DNA of 64,000 bases from Euprymna scolopes (Eukaryota), in the NCBI GenBank assembly GCA_053919585.1, contig CM132791.1; one strand, written 5' to 3'. A program made the position numbers and the translations under genes. The notes beneath the pieces are model-generated. The model saw only the letters and a program-made list of their open reading frames with translations, ran no database searches and was not told the origin of the DNA. Each line of letters begins with the position of its first letter. Position 1 is the first letter of the stretch. This document shows, one piece after another, positions 14,672 to 28,125 of the stretch.

Positions 14672-16156
14672 CTGAAAGAAAAATATATGCGGTTTGTGTA
14701 GATAAAGGATTATTGAAAATAACGGATTTAAGGTGAAGTTTTTATGAAGTATTTATTGTCATATCCAAATTAGTAAAATTAAAAAAATTATGGAAAAGTA
14801 ATCGAGGGATACATAATTAACAGGTACACATAGTATGTTTACATATATTAGAGATCCTTTAAACAAGAACCTTTTCTGGAAAAAAACAAAAACATTATCA
14901 CTCACATATATTTTATTTTTAAATGAGTTTGAATGCCGAAAGATTTTTTTAAATGTTTAGAGTGCTTGTGTAAATAAGGCATATTTTAAACCAGCGAATT
15001 CCAAGTGTAAAATGTACTACTTAGTTAAAGTGTTATTAGGAAATTAGTATACATTCTAAAATTATTGAAAATTACTTATTAGTTACATAATTATATATAT
15101 AAGGTATTTGTGTTGATTAACAACTATTTAATATAATATGAAAATGTAAAATATTAAAATGTGCGTACGTTTTATGGCGAAATTTGTATAAATTTCAAAA
15201 GTTATGGAAAGTGTATCAAAAGACAAATAATTACACGGAAAGCCTAATATGCCCGTGTTCATCACGAATACTGTACACCTTCGTATTTCACGTGATACAT
15301 GGTTACCTACTTTTTTGTAATATCTCAATAAACATAAATTCGAATCACATTCGGGAAATTAATCAACAGAAAATAATTATAAAAATACCATATGAATCGT
15401 TTAGACTAACACCTTACAAGCAAAATCATCATTACGAATATATTTTTCTTATCGAAATTAATGACTTTTTAACATTATAGAAAAGGTTCAATAGAAAAAT
15501 AATTATAACAAAACAATACTGTGTTGATCAAGATTAATGTATAAACTTGTATACTGACACATTACACGTAAACACAGTATCACCCATTTATTTGTCATGA
15601 CAGAATTACAAAAATATAGAAAATAAATCTACATAAAAATGACTGCAAAAATCAACGGTGTTGTAAGGATTTTTAAATTCAAGCATCTGAGATAAAAACA
15701 TAATTACACACTTACATTTGAAGTCGAAAATAGTATACATTCCCAAATTACAGATACTTTAAAGAAAATGGTATAGCGCTTGTGTAGTTTAGGAGTATTT
15801 TAAATCAACGTATTTCAGATGTGATCATCACGACATACTAACGTATAATGAAGATATTAGTAGACGTGCTCTAACATCTACTATTATTCAGTTGTTTTTA
15901 TCGACTATTTCCAGCGAATCTTGTAATCTATGAAAAATTTTAAATGTGCGTTTTTTAATCATCAATGCGGTGTAATGCTAGAAATACAATGTCGAATTCC
16001 TCTGAACTTTTACCAAATAATGGCTAAGGGAAGCATAAATTATATCCCTCTTTGTACAAAAATCATTGCAGATTTTTGAGTGGACAAAAATATCCCAGGT
16101 TCTACCATGGATTCTTGAGTTGGAAAATAGCACACATTGAACACACACACACACAT

Positions 16157-16214
<58 letters not shown>

Positions 16215-16626
16215 CTTATACATCCTCCTGAAATAACCTATAAAGCATCAGGATTGGAGACAATTATGTGCACACATATCTTAATACCTTCTAAAGAACT
16301 ACATTTGTATATGGCAAAATATAAGATGTAGATATGCACAATATTTTTAAATAAAATCTAATATCTTTCGTATAAATAAATCTTTCAGCGATAGACGCTT
16401 TCTTAAGGATTTCATACAGTTTTTCCGGCATGATGGTAGATCGAAGAAAGATTCGTAGAGCGTCAATATGTCGGTCGTCTGCAATGATATATTCGAATGA
16501 CGGAATAATATGCTTAGGTAACTTGATATGAAATTCATGGATATTCTTTCCGTTATATAAACGTTGGTAAAATTGTAAAATACCACACAGAATAAATAAG
16601 TTTGTATTACATATTATTGAATAATA

Positions 16627-16666
<40 letters not shown>

Positions 16667-17229
16667 ATATATATAAAGTATATGAATAATTGTTTTTGAA
16701 TAACATACAGATAATTAACACATATATTATTTTTCCTCTTTATGATTTCCTTTCACAATAAGATTATGGTATTTTTTTACAAATTGAGGGTTTTATTAAT
16801 GACGTAAAATGCTGTCGTTTACTTGTCCAAGCGTCTCGGTTGTTTGCAGATGTTTCATGAAGTGCCTAGATGTTCCATAGTACACACGTTCACAAATGAT
16901 ATCCACAGGTCGTATGCAGTCTACGTGGCAAGGTACAGAAGACAAGTAATAACATCATTTTTTTGCAACAGCGCGCTTACTAATTGCATACCTATTCCAG
17001 GCTCTTTTGCAGGAAAACGCCGACGATAGCACAATTCTCTTTCCTCAAATGTATCGAATTATTTATATTTGTCTTGAGAAAGTTTTGCAAAGAAAGATAA
17101 ACAATAGCAATACTTCAGATATTTGTTCCATGATGTTTACACATATTCCGCGGTGATATGACTCTGACAAGACAATAAATATCGTTCATTTTTAATTGTT
17201 AGCAATTATAATCAGAATATTTCTATATA

Positions 17230-17900
17230 TAATGTTGGTGAGAAATTGCTTGTAATTTTGATTTTAATGAAGTATTTTCAAATTAGTTTTCATTTTAATA
17301 CCTTTATTTATATATCATTCAAAAACAAGTTTTTCGTCAAAGTTAAAATCTTTTAAAAAAATATTATGTCTTCTCTTTCGAACGTTCGATGCAAGATGGA
17401 AAAAAAACAACTACGCCCACTTTTCTCATTCAAATTCACGCTAGACTGAAAAGCTTCTGGAGCAATTCTCGATATCTACGAAGTTTTTAGGCCCAGGAAC
17501 AGCTATGGGCAACACAACACAATATCCGTTATAGAGATGACGAGAGTCTTGAAAATGATAACGGGTAGTGTTCAGACAATGGATTTTGACAACGATCAGT
17601 TAAAAACATCACTCGATACGAATACACGCACAAATCCTCGAGAACGTGCTTCTGAATTAAACGTAACGTATGCCACAATTTCCAACCATGTGAGAAAGAT
17701 TGGAAATAAATAAAAACTTGATTAGCGAGTATTTCACAGATGGAACGACAAGCAAAACAAACACTGTCATTAATACACATGATTTGCGTTAGCAAATGTG
17801 TGGGATTCTGGTGGTGGTGTTATTTTTATCAATATTTTGTTAAAGTGACATATTTTAATCTGCATTCATAAGATAAAACCGCAAAAATCTTCTAGCAGAA
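17230..17900 (+). mobile_element. Internally deleted mariner element (5' half of transposase)
   Basis: From ATG 17396: MEKKQLRPLFSFKF..., DESLEND, DNDQLKT, ASELNVTYATISNHVRKIG...KLD (mariner HTH region up to the WVPHEL position); TIR-like aatgttggtgagaaattg at 17231 and aaaaccgcaa at 17875. Confidence 0.8.
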
Positions 17901-19004
17901 GTGATTTTTTAAAAAATATGAACCAGTATTTCCAACGATATCAGAAAATGATTCAATTTGGTATGATTTCTCTTATAATTTGATTTCAATGGAACATGAT
18001 AATTACGAGTTAAATATCTTAGTAGTTCTTATAATTTAAATATATAAAAGGAAATCTCTAACAAATCCAGATAAACATCCGCAATGTGAGATATAGCATT
18101 ACTTTTGATATCCTAATAAAAATATATAAAAAGAATAAACGTTTTGGAAAACATATGAAAATTATAATATTATATATCATTTTAAAATAGGGCAACGTCA
18201 TTTAATTTTACACAGGTTTATACTCTTATTGATTGGCAACAAAAAAGAAGCTACAACAAATATCTAAAATTGGAATTTTGTTGGGTTGTAATTAACATAA
18301 TGACATTTATTAATATATTGTGCAAATGATTTTAATAAGTGTTTCTCTCATGAACTATATTATTTTCTTTTACAACAAATTTCTCCCAACACAATCCAAC
18401 CCAAACACATTTTGGTGGTAGGTTGCTTTTAATGGATCCAGCTCGAAAATATATACCCAAATATTACGAAAGTACTAAGACAATTAAAAACATCATTTCT
18501 ACAGTAATCTGTATACGTGTTTTTTTATAAAAATAGGATTAATACAATAACTTATATGATAGACTTTAGAAAACCCATTACGTTCTCTGATATAATTGAG
18601 AAAGTTATTTAGTAATTATGAGCATTATACTACACGATATTATTTTATATTGCATACGAACCTCGCCTTATCAGATGCAGAATATATAATTATATTGAGG
18701 CATATTCTAATATTTCATTACATACGAATCATCAATCATGAGATTCTCTAATGTCCGAAAAAAAAGTCAGATTTAATTCAACAATAAATGATTGATAATA
18801 TTTTTGTTATTGGACTTAATGTTTTTAAATAATTTAATGTAATAATATATATTTTAATTCCATACTTATTTAAACAATGAATATACTCATTAATCCTATT
18901 TAATAATAAGTGATCAATTAAGAAAATCTTATGTTTTGTTAATTTTTTGAACGAATAATGTATAAAAATTTTAAAGAATAATAAAAATAATGAATATATA
19001 TATT

Positions 19005-19071
19005 GGATTATTTATATAAGTATATCTGTATACGTGTATGTATGAATATATATATGTGTATATATATATAT

Positions 19072-19111
<40 letters not shown>

Positions 19112-19487
19112 ATATTAATAAATATATGTTCAAGTAAATATAATACCTATGAATAAATATAGATAATGTAATACGTCGAATATATATATATATATATATG
19201 AATGAATGTATACACACCTATATATAAATAATTAAAATCATATATAATTAAATGTATCTAAAGATATATATATATATGCATATGATTATACGCATATTAA
19301 GATATATAAAAATATATTATTTATATATAAATACGTGTATATATAAAAATATATATCTAAATATATATGTACATACGAATATATATATATATATAAATGC
19401 ATATATGTATATATAAGTATATACAAATGTATATATATAAACATTTAAATGCGATATTATATGTATACATACATACACACACACTCA

Positions 19488-19543
<56 letters not shown>

Positions 19544-19545
19544 AG
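19005..19545. repeat. Compound microsatellite tract (TA, GATA, CA)
   Basis: Direct inspection. Confidence 0.9.
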
Positions 19546-22242
19546 TGAGTATCGCTATAAAAGTAAATCTTTTTAATCTTTAAGAGATACTGAGACGAGA
19601 GTAAGTCGCTTAAACCGGTCGATAATTTGTTTGTCATGTTTTCCGGTGTCTTTCCTTTTTTTAATAAATCAAGCAGTCATTACCAATGCCTTTTTCAATG
19701 AGCGTCTTGAACAAACTATCTGATACGAGGTACTGCCAAAATTAAAGACTTAAATTTGTATTTAAAATATACATATTGAAATCACATGAAGTATGGAGTT
19801 GTATCATTCAGTTGTGTTTATTATTGTGCTTGTCTTTTAAACATTATGTTCATGCTCAATTCTATTTCCTATGGAATTAGTTTATTCCTAAGATGCACGC
19901 AGTTGAAAGAGTTTACGAACTCTTTCACGGTTATGTAAGGTGGCGGAGAAAGTAACCATCATGTTATGAATGCATCAGTTTAGTCATCCAAATAATACAA
20001 TTTTAATCCTATTTGATCTCATTGAACGGAATACAGATATTTGGAATTATTTTGGAACATCCTCTTAATAAAAAAAATAAATGTGATAGAATAAGTGTTT
20101 TTAAACGAAGAGTTCTCATTTTACGCTAAATTCATATGCGCCACTACTGCTCATCTTTAAAGTATAAAAATGCCTATATTTCATTTCTTTCCTCAGCCGA
20201 TTTTTTAGGTGTTCGAATGTAAACGACCAAAAAGCACTAATATTTCATTTCACGTGTTCTTATTTGATAAAGCTTTTTTTATGTTACGGTATGGCCGTTC
20301 ATACTTAACTTAGCTTCAATGTAACACCCTTTTCTCTAAAACATTGACGAAAAATACTCAGGAAACTATAACAATTGTCTCTTTATGTGTACCTAAAATA
20401 TAAATTCCATGAGCAAAGATTTTGTCTACAAATGCTAATGTATCGAACACAATACAGCGTGATTGATTTCGAGCTGAGAATAGTATAATATTTTTTCAAA
20501 TTCTGTTCCTTTACACACGTTTACACACGTTACCAGGTGGGGATCCTCGCAATGAAACCAAACAAAAGGATAACAAGGCTCATATTTTTCCGTTGAAGCA
20601 ACAGACGTTTATTTTCTACGATTTATCGTGATCCTTACCCTCGTTACTGTGCACACGTTTTTCTTTTTATATTTTCTTTTCCCTTGATTCGGCGTCAATA
20701 CGTACACAGCTCGGTCATTTGCATTCAACTACCATACGCGCATCTGTGCTCTGTTTAATAAGCAATTACTTTTTTAGATGTGCTTTTGAATAAGCATATT
20801 CTTTCAGGTGACCATCAACAGCCATCACTAGTGTATCATCTCAGATATTAAGGTTTAATTCGTGTCCTCGAGTTGTCTTTGGACTAGATACATTTCGTAT
20901 TAACAACTGACATTTTTGTCACGGATAAGGGTTGATATAGCTATTCAATGCACGCGATAATTAAATGGCTATTGATCTTGATTGTAATTTATATTTTAAA
21001 TAAAGAATAATGCCGCACAAACGTATGTCCTTATAATTGTCATTATTATTTTTCTGGGGTTTCATAAAACATTTCTATCGAGGTATATAATTGAATGTGT
21101 TGTAGATTTCAACGAACAAGTTATTGAGTATAGAGCCAATGTCAAATCTATCTTGGTAGAATTTGTTAGTTGCTCCTTTGAAAAGTCATTTTCTAGAATT
21201 TAAATCACTATTATTTTAATAACAAGCCATAAATCCTTTGTCTGCGCGTTGTGCAACGTTGTGTTCGTTGCGAACAAATGCATAAACCAACGAAGCTTAT
21301 GTAAAATGAACACCATGCATTCTTTGGAAACGCGTACTTGTTGACATTCCAATTCGGATTACGCCACTATAAATTTTGATGGAAATGCTAGGTCCATCGC
21401 CCAGCTGTTGCTCTCTATGGGCCGTGGTTTGAAGGCGCCGCTAGGGGTCGGTGTTGGATCCAGTGCAAACGAAAATGCTAGGTTTCGTGATGGATTTAAT
21501 ATCCGCATTCAGGCCAATGTAAAAATTTACAACATTTTTCACTCTTGCATTGCATATAGATAAGTGTATATATGTAAACTACATGCAATATATACATAAT
21601 ATGAGACAGTCGTTTACACACAAGAATGCGGGGTAGGATTATAGCTATATAGGCATATCTTTGAATATATGTAAATATTATTAATTCATATGTATAAATG
21701 TATTGTCAATATGCTTACATGTCCTTTTATGAATAAAGATACATTCTCGAAGTTTTATAAAGTTGCAAATGTTTCAGTTATGGTTAGTAAAATGAAGTTT
21801 CATCGAATGCAATGTTGGCTGTACTCTTGATACTTTATATTGTTTATAACCAAGTGTTCTTCATATAAAATTTGAGGTTGCAATAGAATGCGTCTAATCC
21901 TAAAGGCAATAAATTCAAAGTAATTGATGGTGAAAAATATTTTTCTCCGATACCTTTGAATTTTTGAATTGGCGTTTATCGATTTCTGAAGTCGAAGCAT
22001 TTAATAGTAAACATAAATAACTAATGTCGAATCAGTTAAGTAATAAAAAAAAGTTTTTTTATAAAGCACTGAAATAGTTGACAAAAAATGGATTTTTTTA
22101 TTTGCCCTATGTTTAGATATGTACAGGATTTATCTATGAAAATGTCGAGCTTATCTGACAATTACTATCGGCAAAGCGCAAATTCGAATTGGTTCCATTG
22201 ATCCTAATCCATTAAATGAAAAATATAATGCAAAAATTTACA

Positions 22243-22297
<55 letters not shown>

Positions 22298-22360
22298 ATA
22301 GTTATGTTAATTTTTGAATTATATTTTGTGCAAAGTATCTGTATATGTACACATATGCAT

Positions 22361-22424
<64 letters not shown>

Positions 22425-22426
22425 TT

Positions 22427-23290
22427 ATGCAAAAATACCACTGGTAAAAATGGTACCGAGAAATCACACGATAAAAGAGATACCGGTAATAATGTCACCG
22501 GTAAATGGAGCAAAATTGAATACATAGATAAAAAATTCATTTTGCCATGGAAGACAATGGCACTTCCTGAAATTAATAAATATTTTTATAGGCATTTACA
22601 GATGTAGCGGTGGAGGCTAGACTTTATGTATACGGGTTAATGAGATCGCCAATGTCAGCTACAAGTTTGAGTTCTTCTTCTTACTAGCCATGGTGATAAG
22701 TCTTTGTAGATGTAGTGATAATAAATGTAACAGTTTGGTTTATCTTATTCTCACATAACGAATTTGGTAAAAAATTGGAATGCCGACTCCAAGAATGGAT
22801 ATTTCGCAATATTTTACGGGAAAAATGTGTAATACTATGCACAGAAAAAATTATTATTGCAAGCATCGAAAACAGTTATTACTCGTATGATTTAGATTTA
22901 ATGTCATATCTAAACCATGGTAATTTTAAGTAACCCGAAAAATTATTTGTATCACATGCTAAAAGTTAGATCCGTTAAATTATCAAATGTTTTTACTCAC
23001 AACCAAAAAAAGTGCATTGATACAATTAAAATTTGTATCATTTTTTGTTCTTATATAATCCGTTGAAATTGTTATGCTAAAGACCCCAAAACGTATTTTT
23101 ATACAATTAAACATTGTATACATTTTTTGTTTGCATTGACTCTTTTTGGATTTTCCAATGTTTATATAGAACGTTACTGTGATATTCATTGACTGACACC
23201 ATTTCTTTTCTAATTAGGAAAACCTCTAAATGTTTTACCTGTATGTTCTTGCCTCTAATTGTAGTAAGATCATTGTAACATTTCCGTCTA
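22427..23290 (+). mobile_element. Possible MULE-like DNA transposon remnant
   Basis: ~15-bp subterminal repeats (ggtaaaaatggtacc / ggtaataatgtcacc) next to a (TA)n run; YYSYDLDLMSYL resembles a MULE transposase tail; weak inverse motifs (ttttacc, tttccg) near 23230-23287. Confidence 0.3.
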
Positions 23291-24470
23291 TATTTTTAAC
23301 TTATTACGAAAATGCAGAAAGAACATAAAACATATTTCAGAAGAAACTGATAGCAGAGAAAAATAGGTTCAAACCGCCAAAAACAACTTTCAAAACCCTT
23401 GTCGAGAAAATATAAAATCATTATTAATCTAATGAAAAATTGTTGATAAGAGACATATAGACGTTGAGCGAATGTGTGCTTACATGTATATAAAGGAAAT
23501 AGGCAAGTTAACACTCAAATAGATAATTTGCGTATAATATTTGACAAATATAAGAGACACATTAGACTCTCTGAATAAATGTTGAATATGAGAATAGGAT
23601 TATCGGCCATTATGCGTAACTAAAGTTTCAGGTGTGAAAGAAAAACTTTTAATAAATAAATAATTGAATTTGTAATTTTGTCACATTTATTTGTCCAGAA
23701 AAAATAAGGACTCGTTTTATAATCGAATGTCAGCTTCTTTGTTACACATCGGATATTTTTGAGTAAAATTTTCTTAGCTCTCATCGACTATTGATCAGAA
23801 TTTAATACATAAATCCTCCGATTGTGTAATGGGGTATGTGACATTTGCCATTAAGGTAAAACATTAAGTGGATAATCTACAATACAAAGGCCTTTTTATC
23901 ACACTTTTCCAAGTATAAAATGTTTTTATTATAGGCATTAGTTTTTCTAGTTTAGCATATGGTTTATAAAATATCTGAAATTTGTTAGGACACTAGAACT
24001 TGGTGGTATTGTTTTAGATGATATGAAATAAGAGATAAATTTGCTTCTAAAGGGCATTGCTTCAAAACGGTTTTCTTCCACTCACCTTTCTCTAACCATA
24101 CATTATGATAAAGTTCCTACGTAACTTTACTCTTTAACCATTTTTACTTGTTCTAATTTCTGATTTTTTAACCAAGTAAAGCTTCTNNNNNNNNNNNNNN
24201 NNNNNNNNNNNNNNNNNNNNNNNNNNNNNNNNNNNNNNNNNNNNNNNNNNNNNNNNNNNNNNNNNNNNNNNNNNNNNNNNNNNNNNNNNNNNNNNNNNNN
24301 NNNNNNNNNNNNNNNNNNNNNNNNNNNNNNNNNNNNNNNNNNNNNNNNNNNNNNNNNNNNNNNNNNNNNNNNNNNNNNNNNNNNNNNNNNNNNNNNNNNN
24401 NNNNNNNNNNNNNNNNNNNNNNNNNNNNNNNNNNNNNNNNNNNNNNNNNNNNNNNNNNNNNNNNNNNNNN

Positions 24471-25001
24471 GTCTTGTCAGACGAGTGCCACTCCCTCAGA
24501 TATTTAAAATCCATGAGCTCAAATGGCTGAGGGAGTATCTGTACAAAGATAATGTTACAGATTCTTAGCTTTGTACGACAGCTAAGTCTCTCTCTCTCGG
24601 TTCAAAATGTTGAGATCCAGCCACAAGCAAGAACAAGATAGCCAGCAACAAATTAAACTACATACCAATTTGATTGCGGGTACTGGTCTCCTGCTTTTTT
24701 TTTAAATCAGAGATTTGCTTCTCCTAGAAAGGTTTCCTTCACCCCGGCTTATGGGAGCCCTCTCCGCCCCAATACACACACACACACTCACACACACACA
24801 CACACACACAAATATACACTGTGCTAGTTGGCCGGTGACCCAGAAAAAGAGATCATTCGCCCTTTGGAAGGTCTCATTTTTAATCCTTCAGGGAGACTAG
24901 CCACCCTCCTCACCAAACAAGTCTGGTGGGGGAACCAGTTTAGTCGCCGGTGACCCGACCATGAGGCAGGTAGTACTGGGTTACATGTTACCAGTAACAT
25001 A
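24471..25001 (-). mobile_element. Retroposon family A, copy 1 (RTE 5'UTR-like, non-autonomous), flanked by gaps
   Basis: Aligns by eye along its whole length to 46648-47167; minus strand has ...aacctttctaggagaagcaaatctctgatt, resembling the RTE 5'UTR motif 'caaccagtctaggagaaggaaaactctga'. Confidence 0.7.
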
Positions 25002-25292
25002 NNNNNNNNNNNNNNNNNNNNNNNNNNNNNNNNNNNNNNNNNNNNNNNNNNNNNNNNNNNNNNNNNNNNNNNNNNNNNNNNNNNNNNNNNNNNNNNNNNN
25101 NNNNNNNNNNNNNNNNNNNNNNNNNNNNNNNNNNNNNNNNNNNNNNNNNNNNNNNNNNNNNNNNNNNNNNNNNNNNNNNNNNNNNNNNNNNNNNNNNNNN
25201 NNNNNNNNNNNNNNNNNNNNNNNNNNNNNNNNNNNNNNNNNNNNNNNNNNNNNNNNNNNNNNNNNNNNNNNNNNNNNNNNNNNNNNNNNNNN

Positions 25293-26557
25293 AAACGCGA
25301 TTAGAACAATAGTCTAAAGAGCTGAGTGTATTTTAATGTAACAGTGAAATTACTAGTGTAATTAAAATACAGGAAATAGAAAGTGATCGTTGTAATTTAG
25401 ATATATAATAAGCTCGATAGTTAAATGTCCTAGAGCTAATTCAATATTAAGTAATTTGATTGATAATTTAAAATTTAAAAATCAAATTATAATTAAATTA
25501 AAAATCCGTTTCATAAGAAGGAACAATAACAAAATCAATTATCTGTACGATCGTTTCGGAAAACAATGCTTTTTATTGTTGCATACATCAAGTTATGCAC
25601 AATAATTACATACAGTTTTTTTAATAAGCAAGGTCTCCTCGTCAACAAATTTTGAAGGGTTTTTATTGAATTTAAAAAACACCATAAATAAACCTAGCAT
25701 TAAAAGTAAGGCAGATGAATCTGAAAAAAAATTGAAATAAAAGGTATGGATTTAAAATTTATAAGAAAATTAATATGGGTTAGAGATAGAAATAAGTAGA
25801 GAAAAATATAGATTTGATTTTACATAATAAATTTGCTTTAAAAATATATAGAGATATTTACCTTTTAATTTTTCGCTTTTTGAAATCAGGAACTATGGTT
25901 AAAATATTCATTTAGATGTTTGCTATAGCTTTTTATCTCATTGAATGATGAATTTTAAAAAGGGGGGGACGCTCGTGCAGTAAATTATTTCCGTTAGCGT
26001 ATTTTTGATTTAAAGACGCTACGGTTTATATAGAGAATGTTGCTTGTGCAATTACATATTTTAAGGGGAGATTATTGTCATATTTTCTTATAAACTTTAA
26101 ATCCAGACCTTTTATTTCAATTTTTTTTCAGATTCATCTGCCTTACTTTTAATGCTAGGTTTATTTATGGTGTCTTTTAAATTCAATAAAAACCCTTCAA
26201 AATTTGCTGACGAGAAGACCTTGCTTATTAAAAAATTATGTGTAATTATTGTACATAACTTGATGTATACCACAATAAAAAGCATTGTTTTCCGAAACGA
26301 TCGTACATATAATTGATTTTGTTATTGTTCCTTCTTATGAAACGGATTTTTAATTTAATTATAATTTGATTTTTAAATTTTAAATTATCAATNNNNNNNN
26401 NNNNNNNNNNNNNNNNNNNNNNNNNNNNNNNNNNNNNNNNNNNNNNNNNNNNNNNNNNNNNNNNNNNNNNNNNNNNNNNNNNNNNNNNNNNNNNNNNNNN
26501 NNNNNNNNNNNNNNNNNNNNNNNNNNNNNNNNNNNNNNNNNNNNNNNNNNNNNTTAA
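25293..26557. mobile_element. Foldback non-autonomous DNA transposon with ~480-bp TIRs (Kolobok-like ends)
   Basis: 25459-25770 is a near-perfect inverted repeat of 26082-26392; outer arm 25293-25458 matches the reverse complement of ~50470-50640, which ends CCT-TTAA; TTAA follows the gap at 26554. Confidence 0.8.
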
Positions 26558-26632
26558 TTTTTCGAAATTTCAGTATGATCTTTTGAAAATCAAAACTAAA
26601 ATTATGTCTCCATAGTATGTAACAATGTTTGC

Positions 26633-26720
<88 letters not shown>

Positions 26721-28094
26721 TACTTTTTACTATTACAAGTATTACTTTTAATTGCATCGGTGAAGTTTAAATACAAAATATTATTGGAACAATATATCAT
26801 TTACTATTTTCACTTTAATTTCATAGTACTCTCAAGAAGCAGGTCATTAGCTAGTAGATCGTAAATACATTTAATGTATCTCTCCGCGTTTTTTCTTTTT
26901 ATCATGCATCTACAGTGCTTACGAATTTTGTTTGTTTTTAGTTTCTATGAATTGAATATTTATTTTTAAAATTACAAATATATCAGAATTATCTTAGAAA
27001 GATGTACTTATATTACGTATCATTTTTTGTGACCAAATAATATGTGCTTAAAAGAAGAAATACGTCAATTGCTTCGTAAACAACAGTTTTCGTTTGATCT
27101 TATACTAATATATAATGAAGGATAAATAAACTTAATTGAAGTAATAACAATATATAATTTTGTTTATTTAATGTTGACGCCTTTTTTATATCCCCCTATT
27201 TTCGTACTGTTCGATATAGTGACAAATGATCGTATGGAGTATATTATCTGTGACTACTGTTCTAAACAGTATGGAGATAATTTTTATTTCCCATAAGTGT
27301 ATCTGACAATGATTTTTAAATGATTGTTGCCAAGTAAGTATAACTCAATAACTTACTATAGAACTGGGTTAGCATTCACTGGGAATATTGTTAAGAACAA
27401 AATCACAATTATTTGGAAACTATTTGATTTACAAATATAATTACTCAAACTTATTAATTAGGCACCAATCCAGAAACATTACCATATATATATTATGTTC
27501 CTAAATATTATACCGCGAATTCTGATTCCAATATAGTCGNNNNNNNNNNNNNNNNNNNNNNNNNNNNNNNNNNNNNNNNNNNNNNNNNNNNNNNNNNNNN
27601 NNNNNNNNNNNNNNNNNNNNNNNNNNNNNNNNNNNNNNNNNNNNNNNNNNNNNNNNNNNNNNNNNNNNNNNNNNNNNNNTTCAATCTAGGTTGATTTTGA
27701 CAGAAGATAAATTAAGTAAATTAAACAACTGCCGATAATTTATGATTGAGAGCACTTAATTTAAATGTGAACAATCTTATAATTTAACTCTATGGCTATA
27801 TCCATATTGTGCTACATAACGAATGTTAGGATGATTAAAAAAACCTGAATCTGGGATAGTTTTGTACTTTATGCATTATATTATTGTTTAAATATTACCA
27901 AATACGGGCGTTATTAATTATCATGCATAGTATCCACTTCTTTTCCATTTTGTATAAATTAAGATGGCCTTCAATTTGGTTGATTATAGCGAGGAGTATG
28001 TACTAAAATTCCTAAGTGTATTTTAATAATCGAAATGTAATCATGTATGCACACATACATGCAAACACATACGCACTAACACACATATACATAA

Positions 28095-28125
<31 letters not shown>

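Noticed and set aside
17529-17795. 88-aa minus ORF
   Set aside because: Antisense to mariner transposase remnant
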